DNA from: Octopus vulgaris
Taxonomy: Eukaryota
Direction of reading: 5' to 3'
Length of the DNA stretch: 64,000 nucleotides
Assembly (NCBI GenBank): GCA_951406725.2
Contig: OX597815.1
Span: 92,876,001 to 92,940,000, forward strand
Below the pieces are notes generated by a model, which saw only the letters and a program-made list of their open reading frames with translations, was not told where the DNA came from and searched no databases. Numbering within the stretch: the first letter of the stretch is position 1; every line of letters begins with the position of its first letter. Positions 25,856-40,089 of the stretch are shown in pieces. Position numbers and translations under genes: made by a program.

Positions 25856-27467
25856 TTATAGAAAAAAGATCTTGCCTCCAATTTGACAAAGAAGGAAAAG
25901 CTATAAACAACAAGTCAGAGAAAATGCTCATTTAGTTTAGTGTTTATTACAAGGTATTTATTGATCCAGTTTATCTAGAATCGTTGTTGACAAGCCATGA
26001 CCATTGTCTTATTCACATATTAGTGTTTCTAAGACTAGATTACCTACTTTATCTTTCCTTTTAAGACTGCATATGGCAAGAAGTTAGATTTGGCTGCTAT
26101 TTCTAGCAGATTAAGTGATCAGAGGCATCCCACAATATTACATGAGAAATAGTATAAAACATTCACTGCTTTCCCTTAACAAGCAGGCTAATAGCAATAA
26201 CTGCAGCACAGACTAATATTGATTTTTCAGGCAGTGACACAGAGGTTGGGGAGCTATTCAGTTTAATTGACAACTCATTACATGAGTGGAATATATTTTA
26301 TTGACATTGAGAAGATGAAAGGCAAAGTCAAATTGGGGAGGATTTCAACTGAAAACAAAGATAACTAAATATCTGAAAGCATTTTGTCCAACACCCCTTA
26401 CAGAAGCAGTGCTAATAAAAGAGATGTTACTTGTTGCTTAATATGTGAGAAATAACAACCAAATCTCATATCACATACGGCCATCTTAAAAAAGGAAGTA
26501 TACATAGCACATTTAGGACATTATCCTAATGTCTAAAAAATAAAATAAAATGAGATGGTTACAACAAGCATGTCTTGTATTACAAGTCTGCTCTATTATC
26601 AGAACAGTAAAAGTGAAATAAAGACAATCACATCAGTGTTATGTTAACACCAAATCATAAAAATGGTAACTCACTAGTGAAATTGTTATATTGGGGTCAT
26701 TAATTGACTAACCATTTTAGCAGCTTAGCCCTATGATAGACCAAAATTAACATCTTCCCCAAATCAATAAAATAAGCACTATTGGAGAAATCATGTGACA
26801 AAAGACTTTTCTCCTTAAACAAAAAAAACTTTCCAAATTATCTTCATGTGCCAAATCTATAAGTGATTATGTCAGTCGAAAGTAAATTCCAAGAATTAAA
26901 GAACTTAAATGCTAACTGAATAAATCCTAAGTGATAAAGCTGATCAATATGCTATTGGAAAGAACTCAAAAGTTTTCTCTTGCTAGTAAGTGAATGACCA
27001 GTACATATTTAACCAACCATGAAGGCAGTCATATGACTCACTACCTACAAGTCAATAATCAAATCAATGCGGGGACTGACTTGGGATATATACAGAAACC
27101 TGAGCGAATAAATTCAGTAAACTTCATTTTATACTAATCTGAATAACATCTCAGTTTTGACAAGGTGTAGTTTAGTTCAATCAATGGAAGTATCTGTTCA
27201 GTGAACTGTAGTGTAAACAGATGAGTTTTCCACAAATACTTGTACACTTAATGTAATTTTCATACAACATCTGACAAAACTAGCCCTTTGAATTTCAAGT
27301 ACAATCCATCTAGCAGGCTTCAAAATAGTTCCAGCTACATAGTCTATGTTTGGTTTAACACAAAGCTGTAGTAGGAGAAAATTTCAGGTATCAAGATTGT
27401 AAAGCAAACTTAAGTATTCATACAACATCATTGTAAAGGCTAGATAAAAGAATTTAAAGATACTTAC

Positions 27468-27544
27468 ACAGCTGGTTGTTTGGCATCCAGTTCCATTCCA
27501 TTGTTATTGGTGTATTTAGTCACAATAACATCTGTATCACCCAT
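27468..27544 (-). CDS. ACSBG2: ACSBG-type acyl-CoA synthetase, first coding exon (MGDTDVIVTKYTNNNGMELDAKQPA)
   Basis: Polypyrimidine tract and CAG acceptor (exon starts 27549), ATG at 27544, GTAAGT donor at 27467; ends in phase 2, matching the phase-2 start of the 6139 exon. No family motif in this exon, so assignment rests on splice signals and phase. Confidence 0.7.
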
Positions 27545-29879
27545 TATAGCTGAAAAGAAAAAAAGGTAGAGTGAAAAATTAAAAAATTTCTAATTTATGA
27601 ATCCATCAACAAAACCCAGGTGTGGAGAATACTTTGGTGATATTGAAGGGTGAGTGTATAGATGAGGCTAAATAGGTTCATTCACAACAAATTATTACAG
27701 GTGTCAACTTTAATACATATAGCATTATGTAGTTAAGACATCCCACTTACCTACACAGGGACAGGCCAACAAGCCAACAGGAGAGACTATACAGTCATTT
27801 GTCTAGCTAGAAATAACCAAATTTGATCACATTCTATTGTCTTTGAAGAAATATATGGAGTGTCTTTATCGTCTACTTTTCCTTGTTTGCATGGATCAGA
27901 CGGAATTCGCGAGGAAGATTTTCTACAGTTGGATACTCATGTTACCAACTTTCATAACAGCAGGTTTTCACAGATGATCTAATCACTTACGACAGTGACA
28001 CTTGTTTACAACCGTTAACATGATGTCAAGACAAAGAAACAAAAACACACACGACGGACTTCTTTCAGTTTCCGTTCAAAAAGTCCACTCACAAGGCTTT
28101 AGTCGACCGGTAGCCATAGAAGATGTGACACAGTAGGACCAATACAAAACAATTGAACTTCTCGACCAGAAAACCGTAACTGCACTCTATGCTGGCATGG
28201 GTTGGACGAGATTTATTGAGTATTCTATGGCTGGATGCTCTTCCCGTCGACCTTTACAGTATACGGGGTCCATTGAAAAGAGAGGGAAAAGGAGGGAATA
28301 GAACCACATACTTAGCAAAGGTTTTAAGTATAGAAGATGACCGGTTCATTTTTTCTACTTTTACTTTCATGGGTTTTGAATAATTAAACTTAAAAGTATA
28401 TGATTACCTGAAAGGCAACAATTTTAAAAGTAAAAACTGGACATTCAAAGGTAAGAGTGATAAAAGCCTTTCAAAGTGTACATTTTCAAATATTTTCTTA
28501 CAAATATATAATTACTGTTTTAAAGTAAAACACAGGAACTTGCGAGAAGAAAGGTTGAACATAAAATAATCAGAGAAAAAGATGAGCAGTATGCAGCAGG
28601 TAAGAATGAACAAGATTTGTTTCGAAGTCAAATTTTATAGTACCATGTACTACTGTTCAACCTTGAATATTCTGGTATAATTAGCAGAAGAAACCATTAT
28701 ATTAAATTGGAATCTGTTAGAACAAGAAAACGCGTCGGGAATTTTAATTTATATAAAAAAGAAAACAATTCTGCCCCATAATTTACCGAAGATTAGTTAT
28801 ATAGATAATGATTACAACGAAAGACACCAATTTCCGAAAGCTACAAAAATCAATATCATTCAAAAGAATTATTTCTTGCATAAGTATAAACCCTATGAAA
28901 TAGGAGGAGGAGGAGAACCAAGACGATATATTTAGGATTTTCTCAAGGGCATTTGTGACGTTAGTGGAGTGTCTCCAGAAATAACGTATGAAGAATTATT
29001 CACATTACTAATGAAATAGTTTGCACCTAGAGAACAATATTGTAAACTCAAAAGACTATTCAAATAGCCACGAAGTCATTATTATTAGGAATGAAACAAA
29101 CGATTTTCCAAACAAACAACTACTGCTGCTTCTTTTATTATGTTCATTGGCAACAGAAGATATTCGTACGGAGGCTGGGGGTTTCCTCTAGTAAACCGGT
29201 AAAAATAGCAGCAACTTACGCAGTAATACTGTATCTATAATTACATATAAGGAAACGACAGCAAGTCATGATGAAAGAATTCTACTAGGAAACCCCTGAT
29301 AACTTTCAAATGAGTGAAAACTACTGACCCGTTACATGTCAAAGGTGGAACTGGCAGGAATTGTTATTAAACAGGAATACAATTGAAGGAATGTCCAGTT
29401 ATTACAAACATTTTAGTTAACAAAATAAGAGGTTTCAATAGAATGCAATAACAAAAAAAAATATCAGTTTGCGAAAAGTAGCATGAAAAGGGAATAAAAA
29501 AAACCCCAAAATTCAGGAAAATGGATGCATTAAAAACTAAATCGAAATACTGAAGGCGTTCTTGGAATAGTTTGTGCGTTCTTTAGTGCGCCAAAAACCA
29601 TTATATATATATACATACATACACACACGGTATGTGTTAATAGTTATCACAAAATAATTCACAGCACTAGAATTTATAAAATAAAATGTTAAATTAATTT
29701 AGCCTGTATAATTGCAAATTAAGACAATAACGCGCGTGTGTGTGTGTTTATACATATACATACATATATATATATTTTATATATATATATATATATAGTG
29801 TGTGTGTGTATGTGTCTAGTTCACGTATCCGAAAAAGAAGCACACTATAACATTTGAGCAGTAATATATTTAAAAGATC

Positions 29880-30041
29880 TGTTATGGCCGGTCAGCGAGT
29901 GACCATTGGTTTCGCACCTATAAAGCACTTAACTGCATAGGCTACTCGTCAGACTCAAATGAATTTCAGTGTCATGTAGCCTATGCAGCTGAGCGCTTTA
30001 TAAGAGCAAAACCAATGGTCACTCCATGACCGGCCATAACA
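29880..30041. mobile_element. Palindromic MITE, 162 bp
   Basis: TGTTATGGCCGGTCA...TGACCGGCCATAACA with about 65-bp imperfect arms. Confidence 0.8.
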
Positions 30042-31181
30042 AACAATTTAATAGATAGATGCACACGCACGCAGAGAGAGAACGTGCAAATTAGAAATTA
30101 AAGAATATCGGAGTGGAAATTGAAATTTTGAAAGCAAAATAGAATTTTTCAGAATCTTAATTTCCATTGTTGATGCAGGAATAGTAAAAGAACGAAGAGA
30201 AATATCCTATGAATTATTGGGCGTCTAATTCAAAAACCCGAGTCTTGGTCATCTCTGACAACGAAGGCCGAACACGCAAACATGGTCAATGAAACGTGTA
30301 CCATAGTCATGAAGATAACGAGGACGTATTTAAATCTACTTACACGGATGTTGACAACTTCGCTTTCAACAAACACCAGAAAATGAAATAAAAGAGAAAT
30401 ATAAATGTTAAGGCAAAAGGCAGATTTAAGGCTAGAATTCCGAGCATGTTAAGTCGATATAGAAAGTAGAGGACAGGACAAATATAATATACGCGAGAAG
30501 TAAAGCGGGAGAATAGATGAGGGTGATGAAATTTAAAGGATAGAGGATTGGTGGTACGTCTTTAAAGAGACGGTTTTAGAGGTAGATGCTAAGTTATTTG
30601 TTTAAACCGGTTAGATTCGATTTAGCTGAACTATGACAGGAAACATTCCGACCATGAGCATCACATCATTATCGTACAGTTATCTAGAACTACATTATCC
30701 AAGGTATCACATTTTTCTCTTTAAAACGCGTAATTTCAGAGAAATGTGGCTGGTATTTCTAGCAATTCGAACCACAGCATAAACGTTCCTTTGTTAACCA
30801 GAAATAGAAGCATTACAAGAGCGGGTAAATAATTTTTATTAGTTTAGCTAAATATAGAAAAAGGACTTAAGAGGGTAACCTTCAGAAACACATGGCAATA
30901 CAAAACATTTTACAAACGAATAGCTTCCATAAGGATAGTGAGGGTAAGTTATTCACAATGCATGCTTTACGATCGATCCTCCACAGTATCACGCCACACG
31001 CTATATATTTTATGTGTGTATGCTGTCAACCCCATACATTGTGTGTGCGTGATTATATATATATGTGTGCGTACGACTTCACTGAACCCTTCCCGAATCT
31101 TAAATATGGCAGTTATTAAATATTTAAAAATATATATACAAGAAGCACTGAAGATTAAATAAAATAGACATGTTCACTTAC

Positions 31182-31450
31182 CGTTAAATATTTAGAATAA
31201 TGTATCGCAGAAGACCAGTGTTATGTATAAAATAAACATACACCCGAACACGAAGGTAGGTAGGTACGTGCTTAGAATATCCAAAGAGAGTAGTATCAGT
31301 ATCCCCAAAGGTAAATTTCGATTATTTTCTATAAATTGGTAGTTAATTGATTAAATAAATAAAGAGATATTGTGTGTATGAAAAATATATATATATATCT
31401 TAACGTTGGTTTCAATACACTATGTCGATACACAGAGAGGTGTGAGTCAA
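31182..31450 (-). promoter_or_regulatory. Probable non-coding first exon and promoter region of ACSBG
   Basis: Strong ACG|GTAAGT donor at 31181 inside a repeat-poor, visibly CpG-retaining stretch (about 28.7-32.8 kb). The ATG exon has an acceptor, so an upstream exon is required. Upper boundary is a guess. Confidence 0.5.
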
Positions 31451-33442
31451 CTCAATGAAGCTGGCATATTTTTCATCTTATGTTTTTACTCATAACTAAG
31501 GTTCGTTGTTTCTAAATACACCATCGACCTCTGCTTTTCTATTCACATGTAAATTGCCTTATGAATTCCTCTCTCCTTCGATATAATGTTGAAGATGATT
31601 GAAATGATGATTCATAAATAAATATTAAAATGAAATAAGAGGCGTGTAGGTAGAGGTTTAATTTTAATAATTTACTACTAATACTACGGCGATAGCTACT
31701 GTTGCTGCTGATATTGCTTCAACTGCTACTACTCCTCTCAAACAGCAACAGCTGGATTTGAACTGCGCTTTGAATGACGTTGTTTCACTATTGCTACTAA
31801 ACATCGCTATCACACGTAAGAGGGGAAAGCCGAAAAGGACGATGTGAAGTTGTGCTATACATACCTCTCCCAAAGGTAAAAAACAGCTAATGAAGTAATA
31901 TTTGTATTAGCTGCAACCAGGACTGAAAAGCTTTCGTCGACACACAAAGCTACAGTTTTACTGAACACTGGCGAACAAGGAGGGTTCTTTGTTACCGGGA
32001 CCTTATGAAAATGTAAGAAGTAGGTGTTTACAAGTCCAATATGAATGTGATTTCATGAGTGAAAAGTGAGTTTTATAATTAAAAAAAATTTTTTTTTTTT
32101 TACACAAATGACATATTGTTGTTATATATTTAAATAATCAATTTCATTAATTACACTGATTTGAATTGAATTTTCAATAAAATGCTTTCCGCACATCATG
32201 GCAGGGATCTTGTTAAATCTCTTCCAGACCCTAAGTATTTCAAATTTTAATCATACTATTTTCAAAAAATATAGTTTTGTTTGTTGATGACGAAAACGTA
32301 TTCATTTTGTTGCAGAAAGTTACATCAGCCGAGTTTTGAAATACAAGTAGTTGAAAGAAATTTAAGATGATCTCACGACAGCTCTTACAGTCGGTACTCA
32401 AATATCTTAACTTCCACATTTATAATGCCAACAATACATTTGATTGATGACACGCATCATCTAGAGATAAAAAACTAAAGATAGTTTTCCTTGAAAAATG
32501 TGTTTGTTTGCAATATTTTTTGTGACAAATTCTTTGGAACATCTCTGTAGGTATCCTCCTGCATGATGTGTATCTTAGTGAGTCCTACAAGTAGGATGTG
32601 AATCTTTCAAACTCTTTTCGATTAACATTCGATACTAAGTTCATAGTCATGTTTTGTATATTATGAATATAAATCAAGAAATATTTGGTGGATCCAGTTT
32701 AATAACGAAAACGTCAGTCACCAAGTGATTGTAAAGCATCCAATGTAAGTCCGACACGGACGAATGCTTTATAGAATGATTCGCAAACTTTTTTTTTATG
32801 CTCCTCATACTTAGGAAATGTTTTAATTTTCGCGTCCCCTTACAAATGTGACATTACATAGGAAGATGTAAAGTCAATTTTTCTAACAACTAAGTTTTGT
32901 TTTTATTTTTCAACCATATGCAGTGCTATTGAAGTTCTTAGTGTATCTTATAGAACGAAGCAATTTTTTAAAAATTAATAAATAATTTTATTTTGCAAAG
33001 CATTTTTGATAAAGCATCTACTTTACCTCTTAGTCGCACCCACTGAAGTGCCATCTTATATCTTAGGGGTGCACCCCAGGATGGGAACTTTTGCATTATA
33101 GTTTTATTGTGGTGGCTAGTCATGTTCTTCTTAGGCTGTTCACAAGACTAAACTTAGTAAAGAATTAAAACAAGTTACTGGTTAATACATGACAAATAAG
33201 GGACTTTGTTTCTAACAAACTGTGAAAGTACCTTTGTTGTGCTTTTTATATATTAAAGCAAAGATTCCTGATGGCAAAAATGTTTACATCAAAAATACAT
33301 CTGACCCTTACACACAACCACACTCAACCTAACTTAACATTAATTTACTTCATCTTTCACAAAACCTTCCAGTGGTCACTCCAGTGTCCTTAACTTCCAT
33401 TTATCCAACCAGAATACTGAGCTACTCTTACTGTATTAAGTA

Positions 33443-33839
33443 CTAGCAGTATCGCCCGGCGTTGCTCGGGTTTGTAAGGGAAATAACTATATAAGCATTT
33501 TCAGAGAGTTATAGCCAAAAATTAGCAAAAAAATGCATTAAAAATGGAAAAAAAAATTATGGTATATTTTTTTTAAATCGTTGACTCATCGTAGACATTT
33601 TTAGAGAGTTACTTCCCTTATATAATAGCGAAAAAATGCATTAAAATGGAAAAAAATGATGGTAAATTTTTTTTAAAATCGTAGACTCATCTTAGACGCG
33701 CACTAATACCCAGAAGGGCTCGATATGAATCACGACTATAAGATACCGGTTTTGGTTAAACTGCACCACAAAATGTGGGAGTAGTTAGGAATCTAAATCG
33801 TAGGAGACAGACACACAACTTCACTTTTATATATAAAGA
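33443..33839 (-). mobile_element. Non-autonomous Helitron, same family as 8411
   Basis: CTAG and CCCGGCGTTGCTCGGG hairpin at left, TC end at right, same body. Confidence 0.88.
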
Positions 33840-34327
33840 TATTATAAATTAATCTATTTTATGTTGTTTACATTTTCAAATTTTTCTTGATTTTCTTGGA
33901 ATTTTTGAGAGATATAAAATATATCATTTTGATAGTGGGATTCAAAAGGCTTCGGTTTTTTTCTATCTGAGGGATATTCGTCCCAATATTCTACATATAG
34001 CATAGCATTAGCATTACCTACACGTTTTCATTATGGGAATAGAAGAAAACGTGACACTTTATTGTGGTAAATCAAACTAGTAAATTTATTTTACGAGAAA
34101 CTTGACAAAGGATTATTAATAATAAAGCAGACTAAATGAACACACCCAAAAAGCAAATGGACTGGAAATAGAATTGATATATATTCACTGTACTCCCTGC
34201 ATACCTTCTGTTTCTATCACATATATGAATAATATAAGAAAAGTACTAGCTGCATATCTAAAGGTAGGGAAAATATCAAATGAAGTATATATGAAAAAAT
34301 TAAATAATGTAATTGTGAAAACTTGTG

Positions 34328-36090
34328 ATCATCATCATCATTTAACGTCTGTTGTCCATGCTGATATAGATTGGACGGTTTGACTGGGGCTGGAAGGCTG
34401 TACTAGACTCCAGTCTAATCTGGCATGGTTTCTACAGCTGGATGCCCTTCCTAGCACCAACCACTCCAAGAATGTAATGGGTGCTTTTATGTGCCACTGG
34501 CATGCCATTTGCATGACACCTATATCTGCCATGAGTGCAATTTTGCTTGGCTTGATGGGTCTCTTTCTCAAGCATGACATGTTGCCAAAGGTCTCAGTCG
34601 TTGCCTCTGTGAGGCCCAACACTTAAAAGGAGCTCAGCCACTTTGCCTCCGTGAGGCCTAGTGCTCGAAAGGTGCTTTTACATGCCACCAGCACAGGTGC
34701 CAGTTATGTGATACCAGCATCAGCTATGACCACGATTTCACTTGGCTTGACAGATCTTCTCAAGCACAGCACATTGCCAAAGATCTCGGTTACTAGTCAT
34801 TACTTCTGTGAGGACCAAAGTTTGAAGGTCATATTTCACCACTGTGTCCCATGTCTTCCTTGGTCTACTTCTACTACAAGTTCACTCCACATAGATCAGC
34901 ACTTCTTTACACAGCTGTCCTCATCCATATGCATCACAATGATCATACCAGTGCAGTTGTCACTCTTGCACACCACATCTGATGCCTACACTCTGTCAAA
35001 CATGCACCCTGACATTGCACATCCAGCAAAGCATACTGACTTCATTTCTTTCAAACCTATGCATGTCGTTGGCTGTCAGAGCCATGTTTCACTGCCATGT
35101 AGCATAGCTGTTCGCACACAAGCACCATGCAATCAGACTTTCACTCTGAAGGAGAGGCCCTTTGTTGTCAGCAGAGGTAGGAGCTCTCTGAACTTTGCCC
35201 AGCCTATTCTTATACTCACAGCTACACTCTCAAAGCATCTACCTCCCCTACTAACTTGGTCACCTGCATAATGGAGTGCAGTTGATGCACTCTATTTTCT
35301 GTACATTTTCACTGTTTATTGCACCTTTGTATCTTCCACAATCAAAAGCTATTTTCTCTGTTAACCTTCCTCTGATATTGCTGCACCTTTTATGTGTCCA
35401 AAGCTTACACTAGATGCATCATATGGAGTTTCTACCTACGCCTTTTCTATAGACCGAGCACTGCAATCTATCTGAAGGGATTTATGATTTGTCTAACCTT
35501 CCTACTTAGTAACTTTGGTTTTTGCTAGGTTAGCTCTAAGGCCTGTTGATTCTATACATTGCTTCCATACCTAGGACTTCTTCTTTAGTTTTGGTAGTGA
35601 TTCAGCTATAAGAGCAAGATCATCAGCATAGACGAGCTCCCAGAGGCAGCCTGTCTTAAATTCCCCACTTATTGCCTGGTAGACTATGGTGAACATGGTG
35701 GGGCTGGGAACTGATCCTTGGTAAACTTCTACTTGTACCCTGAATTCTTTGCTGTACTCATTGCCAACCCTCACCTTACTGGTAGCATCCCTGTACAAGA
35801 CATGTACAGCTCTCACAAACCACTCGTCTATCCTTAGTTTTCACATTGACCACCAGATAAAAGATGGGGGGAACCCTGTCAAAGGCTTTCTCCAAGTCAA
35901 CAAAAGCCAAGGACAGAGGTTTATATTTGGTTAAGTATTTCTCCTGCAGTTGCCTTACCAGAAATATAGCATCAGTGGTGCTTTTCCTTGGCACAAAAAC
36001 AAACTGCATCTCATCTACGCTCTCTCCCTAATTAGTTAGGCTATGACTCTCTCCGTAACTTTCATCACCTGATCTAACAATTTGATAACT
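34328..36090 (-). mobile_element. RTE-type LINE, 5'-truncated, with RT remnants
   Basis: STTDAIFLVRQLQEKY, FVDLEKAFDRVP, QGSV, YADDLAL; (TGA)n tail after GACGTTAAA. Confidence 0.9.
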
Positions 36091-36819
36091 CAATATTTAA
36101 TATTCAAACAACTTTTTCCAAAATATACATGTCATTGTGGTACATTAAAAAATTTGTGGATCATATGACCCACATCGTGCATCCCTAATTTAGTCAAATC
36201 CTTGCCTACAACACTGACTAGTTTTAGAGAAGCTAATTTGTTACTTCCCTATTCTGAGTACAGATCCTGCTGTGTGCTAACTTTGCCATTCATATTCTGG
36301 TCAATAATAATACATATACTGAGGCACAAATCAACACTACTCCCTCACAAAATTTGTTTTAGCTTTAGGTAAAAAGGTTACAAATTTATAGCAGTGACAG
36401 GTCACAGAGTTGTTCAAATCATCCCATTATTATTGATACCTATTCAAAATAATGAGGATGTCAATGCATAGTTATTCCACTAGCTAGAGATAACAACTAA
36501 ATCTCTTTCAAATCAAGTCTCTGCTGTTTTAACCCTTTATCTGTTCTGTGTATCACATATGATACACAAAACATTTTTCCTGGAATTCATACATGATAAA
36601 AGATACACATCACCAATTTTTTTTCAACTGTGAGAGTAACTTGGGACTTATGAAAGGAAAGTGTTATATTACACAAAATGACCCCAGTATTTGACTGATG
36701 TGCTATTTCATTCAACCCAAAAGTATGAAAGGTGAAGTTGATAATGACAGAATTTGAACTCAGAGCATAAAGAGCTGAAAGAAATAGCACTAAGTACCAA
36801 CACATTAATGATTCTGCCA

Positions 36820-37021
36820 CGTAAAAAACACCATTTTGAGCGTGGCTGTTGCCAGTACCCACTACACTCTTGGAGTGGTTGGCATTAGGAAGAGCATCCA
36901 GCTGTAGAAACTCTGCCAGATCAGATTGGAGCCTGGTGCAGCCATCTGGTTCGCCAGTCCTCAGTCAAATCATCCGACCCATGCTAGCATGGAAAGTGGA
37001 CGTTAAATGATGATGATGATG
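36820..37021 (+). mobile_element. RTE 3' tail fragment
   Basis: GGCATTAGGAAG.GCATCCAGCTGTAGAAAC...GGACGTTAAATGATGATG. Confidence 0.75.
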
Positions 37022-37547
37022 TATGAAAATAAAAAAGTGAACAAAATATGCTTAAAAAACAAACATTTAAGCATGCAATAAGCAACACATTACAAAATAT
37101 TTTTAAAATTAAAAACATAAGTTAGAAATTCATTCAATCAATTTCTCAAACAAGTTACAATTTTCATATCTGAATAGAACGGTGAGTGCCCATCGTCGTT
37201 TATTACCTTGCTTCACAGAGACCCATGTACTGTCCACTTGAGTGTGGGTACTATCTTCCAGGTTAACAAAAAAAGAAAGAGTAAACAACACGTCTTTTGT
37301 AGTTTTAAGCATTCAATATGCATTTAATGCAATAACACAAACTTAAAATATTTATCTAAAAGCAAAATTGAACATGCATGCACTACACAGAACCCCTAAT
37401 TTATGTGTTAAAAAACATAGAATGCAATTGAGGTGATGCGTGCAGGGCATACACACATGTGCTTGAATGCAGGCATCTTTCTGCGGCTTTATTGATCAGT
37501 GCAGGGGTATGGGTGCAACAAGTCTAAACAAGATTGAAAATTGGTGG

Positions 37548-38203
37548 TATAACAGCACAGATTATACCTGAGGCTAGTCTGGGCTGGCCCAGACTATACC
37601 CACTCCAGACAACCAGGCCAGAATATACCCCATACTTGAATGCAAATAACACAGATGTATCTCACTTATAAAAGTTGCCTCAGAACATATATAAAATTTG
37701 ATATCACTTGATGAAGAATTAAAAGTTATATGTAAATTTCAATTTAAGCATAGCAATCATAGCAATTTGGAATTATAAATGCAAAATACTTTAAAATGTA
37801 CTTATATAAATCCAACATGAATGGCCACATTTGCGCATGTCGAGGCTGACTCACATTACAGGTGCACTATGCAGCATGCACAAGTCATCAGTTTTTTCCA
37901 ATCTACCTATACATTGGGTTTATATTGGTACATTGAATATTTACATTTGATAATTCTAAATTGCTATGTTTAAATTGAAATTTACATGTAACTTTTAATT
38001 CTTCACCGATTGATATCAAATTTTATATATGTTCTGAGGCAACTTTTACGAGTGAGGTACATCTGTGCTATTTGTCTGCATGCATGGGGTATAGTCTGGA
38101 CAGTGGTATATTCTGGGCTGGCTGTCAGGAGTGGGTATAGTCTGGGTTAGCCCAGACTAGCCCCAGGTATAGACTGGGCAGGGGTATATTCTGGGCTGTT
38201 ACA
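37548..38203. mobile_element. Fold-back DNA transposon/MITE with CCAGA.TATACC subterminal repeats
   Basis: About 250-bp imperfect inverted arms; partial extra copy near 38560-38632. Confidence 0.8.
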
Positions 38204-38685
38204 GCAGCAGTAACACTGGCTCACTGATGACATAGTGCATGAGAGTGGTTTATGAAGAGGTTGCAATTTGTTTTCACCATCACACATTTACAAATACCTA
38301 TATTTTGAACATATTAAGCATCAATAAGCCAATAAAAAGACAAGCTAGCAGCACTGTCAGAATTAGGACATTCATTCTATATAAAGTGCCTAGCAACTTT
38401 TAGATGAACTTTTTTAAAGTAGCTACAAGGGGTTACAATAGTAAGAAGCTTGACTTAAGTCCAACTTAATGACTAAAATGCAGATATTGAAGTAAAGCAA
38501 AATTAACCAATCTTGAAGTAACTGCTGCATGAATAAGGACTTACCGTGCTTTGAAAAATATCTTAGGCAACTTTTATGAGTGAAGTATATCTGTGTTATT
38601 TGTCTGCAAGCATAGGGTAGTCTGGACAATGGTGTATATATATATATATATATTTAAAAAAAGGAGATGTCGAACACGAGTGGTG

Positions 38686-39864
38686 ATATATAAAAAAGGA
38701 AATGAAGAAAATGCTGACAAATAATTGAAGTAATTTAAGTAATTTAATTAGGTGAAAGTTCTTTTTACCGGTTGCGCATTTGTTATGCTTATCAAAATAT
38801 AAAAGAGAGATTAGAGTCTGTCTCTTATATGTGAAAAAAAGAGGCTCCAGAGTTGTTTTGGATTTGCTTGGTTTCGCGCCTAAAATTTTGATTGGTCATT
38901 ATGAAGGGGTCACGTGAATGTTTGAATGGAAGTTGGTGTTGGGGTAAGAAAAAAGGCTCCAGAGAAGTTAAAATTTGGCTAGTGTCCCGCCTAAAATTTC
39001 TTATTGGCCATAATAAAGAGGTCACGTGAATGTTTAGAATTTTCGAAAATAGTGTTGTTGAAAATTCTTATTGTTCAGGCTGGTCAGTAGACGTCATGTG
39101 GATATTTTAAATAGCTTTTTAGTGCGTAGTTAGGGAGTGTATTTTCCGCTTGACTGGATAAGTAAGTTCGTTTAGAACAGGGAGAGCTGTATGTATGTAT
39201 GTGTGTGCGCGCGCGCGCGCGTGTGTGTGTTTATATGTATGTTGGGGCGCTTGTATATATGTGTGTGTGTGTGGGTACAATTTTCAATATTTATAGTTCT
39301 GCTGGCCTTGTGCCTGTATCGGGAAGCAACGTATACATACATACACACATACATACATACAGCTCTCCCTGTTCTAAACGAACTTACTTATCCAGTCAAG
39401 CGGAAAATACACTCCCTAACTACGCACTAAAAAGCTATTTAAAATATCCACATGACGTCTACTGACCAGCCTGAACAATAAGAATTTTCAACAACACTAT
39501 TTTCGAAAATTCTAAACATTCACGTGACCTCTTTATTATGGCCAATAAGAAATTTTAGGCGGAACACTAGCCAAATTTTAACTTCTCTGGAGCCTTTTTT
39601 CTTACCCCAACACCAACTTCCATTCAAACATTCACGTGACCCCTTCATAATGACCAATCAAAATTTTAGGCGCGAAACCAAGCAAATCCAAAACAACTCT
39701 GGAGCCTCTTTTTTTCACATATAAGAGACAGACTCTAATCTCTCTTTTATATTTTGATAAGCATAACAAATGCGCAACCGGTAAAAAGAACTTTCACCTA
39801 ATTAAATTACTTAAATTACTTCAATTATTTGTCAGCATTTTCTTCATTTCCTTTTTTTATATAT
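38686..39864. repeat. Near-perfect long inverted repeat (about 520-bp arms, 136-bp spacer)
   Basis: 38686-39206 is the reverse complement of 39343-39864; I see one substitution and one homopolymer length difference. Confidence 0.95.
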
Positions 39865-39940
39865 ATATATATATATATATATTTATACTGATAAAACTAA
39901 CAAAGTTTTCTCAACAGAAATGGAATTTATCAACATTTAC

Positions 39941-40089
39941 TGCATCGCTACGTGTGTTTCCACAAATCACATGTCTCTTAAGATCACAGTCTGAAGCCCA
40001 CGAATACTACAGACTGCACTGTAATCATCCCAGGAATATGGACTGTGATCTTAAGAGACGTGATTTGTGGAAATGCACGTAGTGATGTA
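39941..40089. repeat. Small inverted repeat, about 50-bp arms
   Basis: TTTCCACAAATCAC..GTCTCTTAAGATCACAGTC / GACTGTGATCTTAAGAGACGTGATTTGTGGAAA. Confidence 0.75.

Noticed and set aside
31790-33100. Possible second decayed hAT element
   Set aside because: Only a faint C-terminal resemblance and one TIR-like end.
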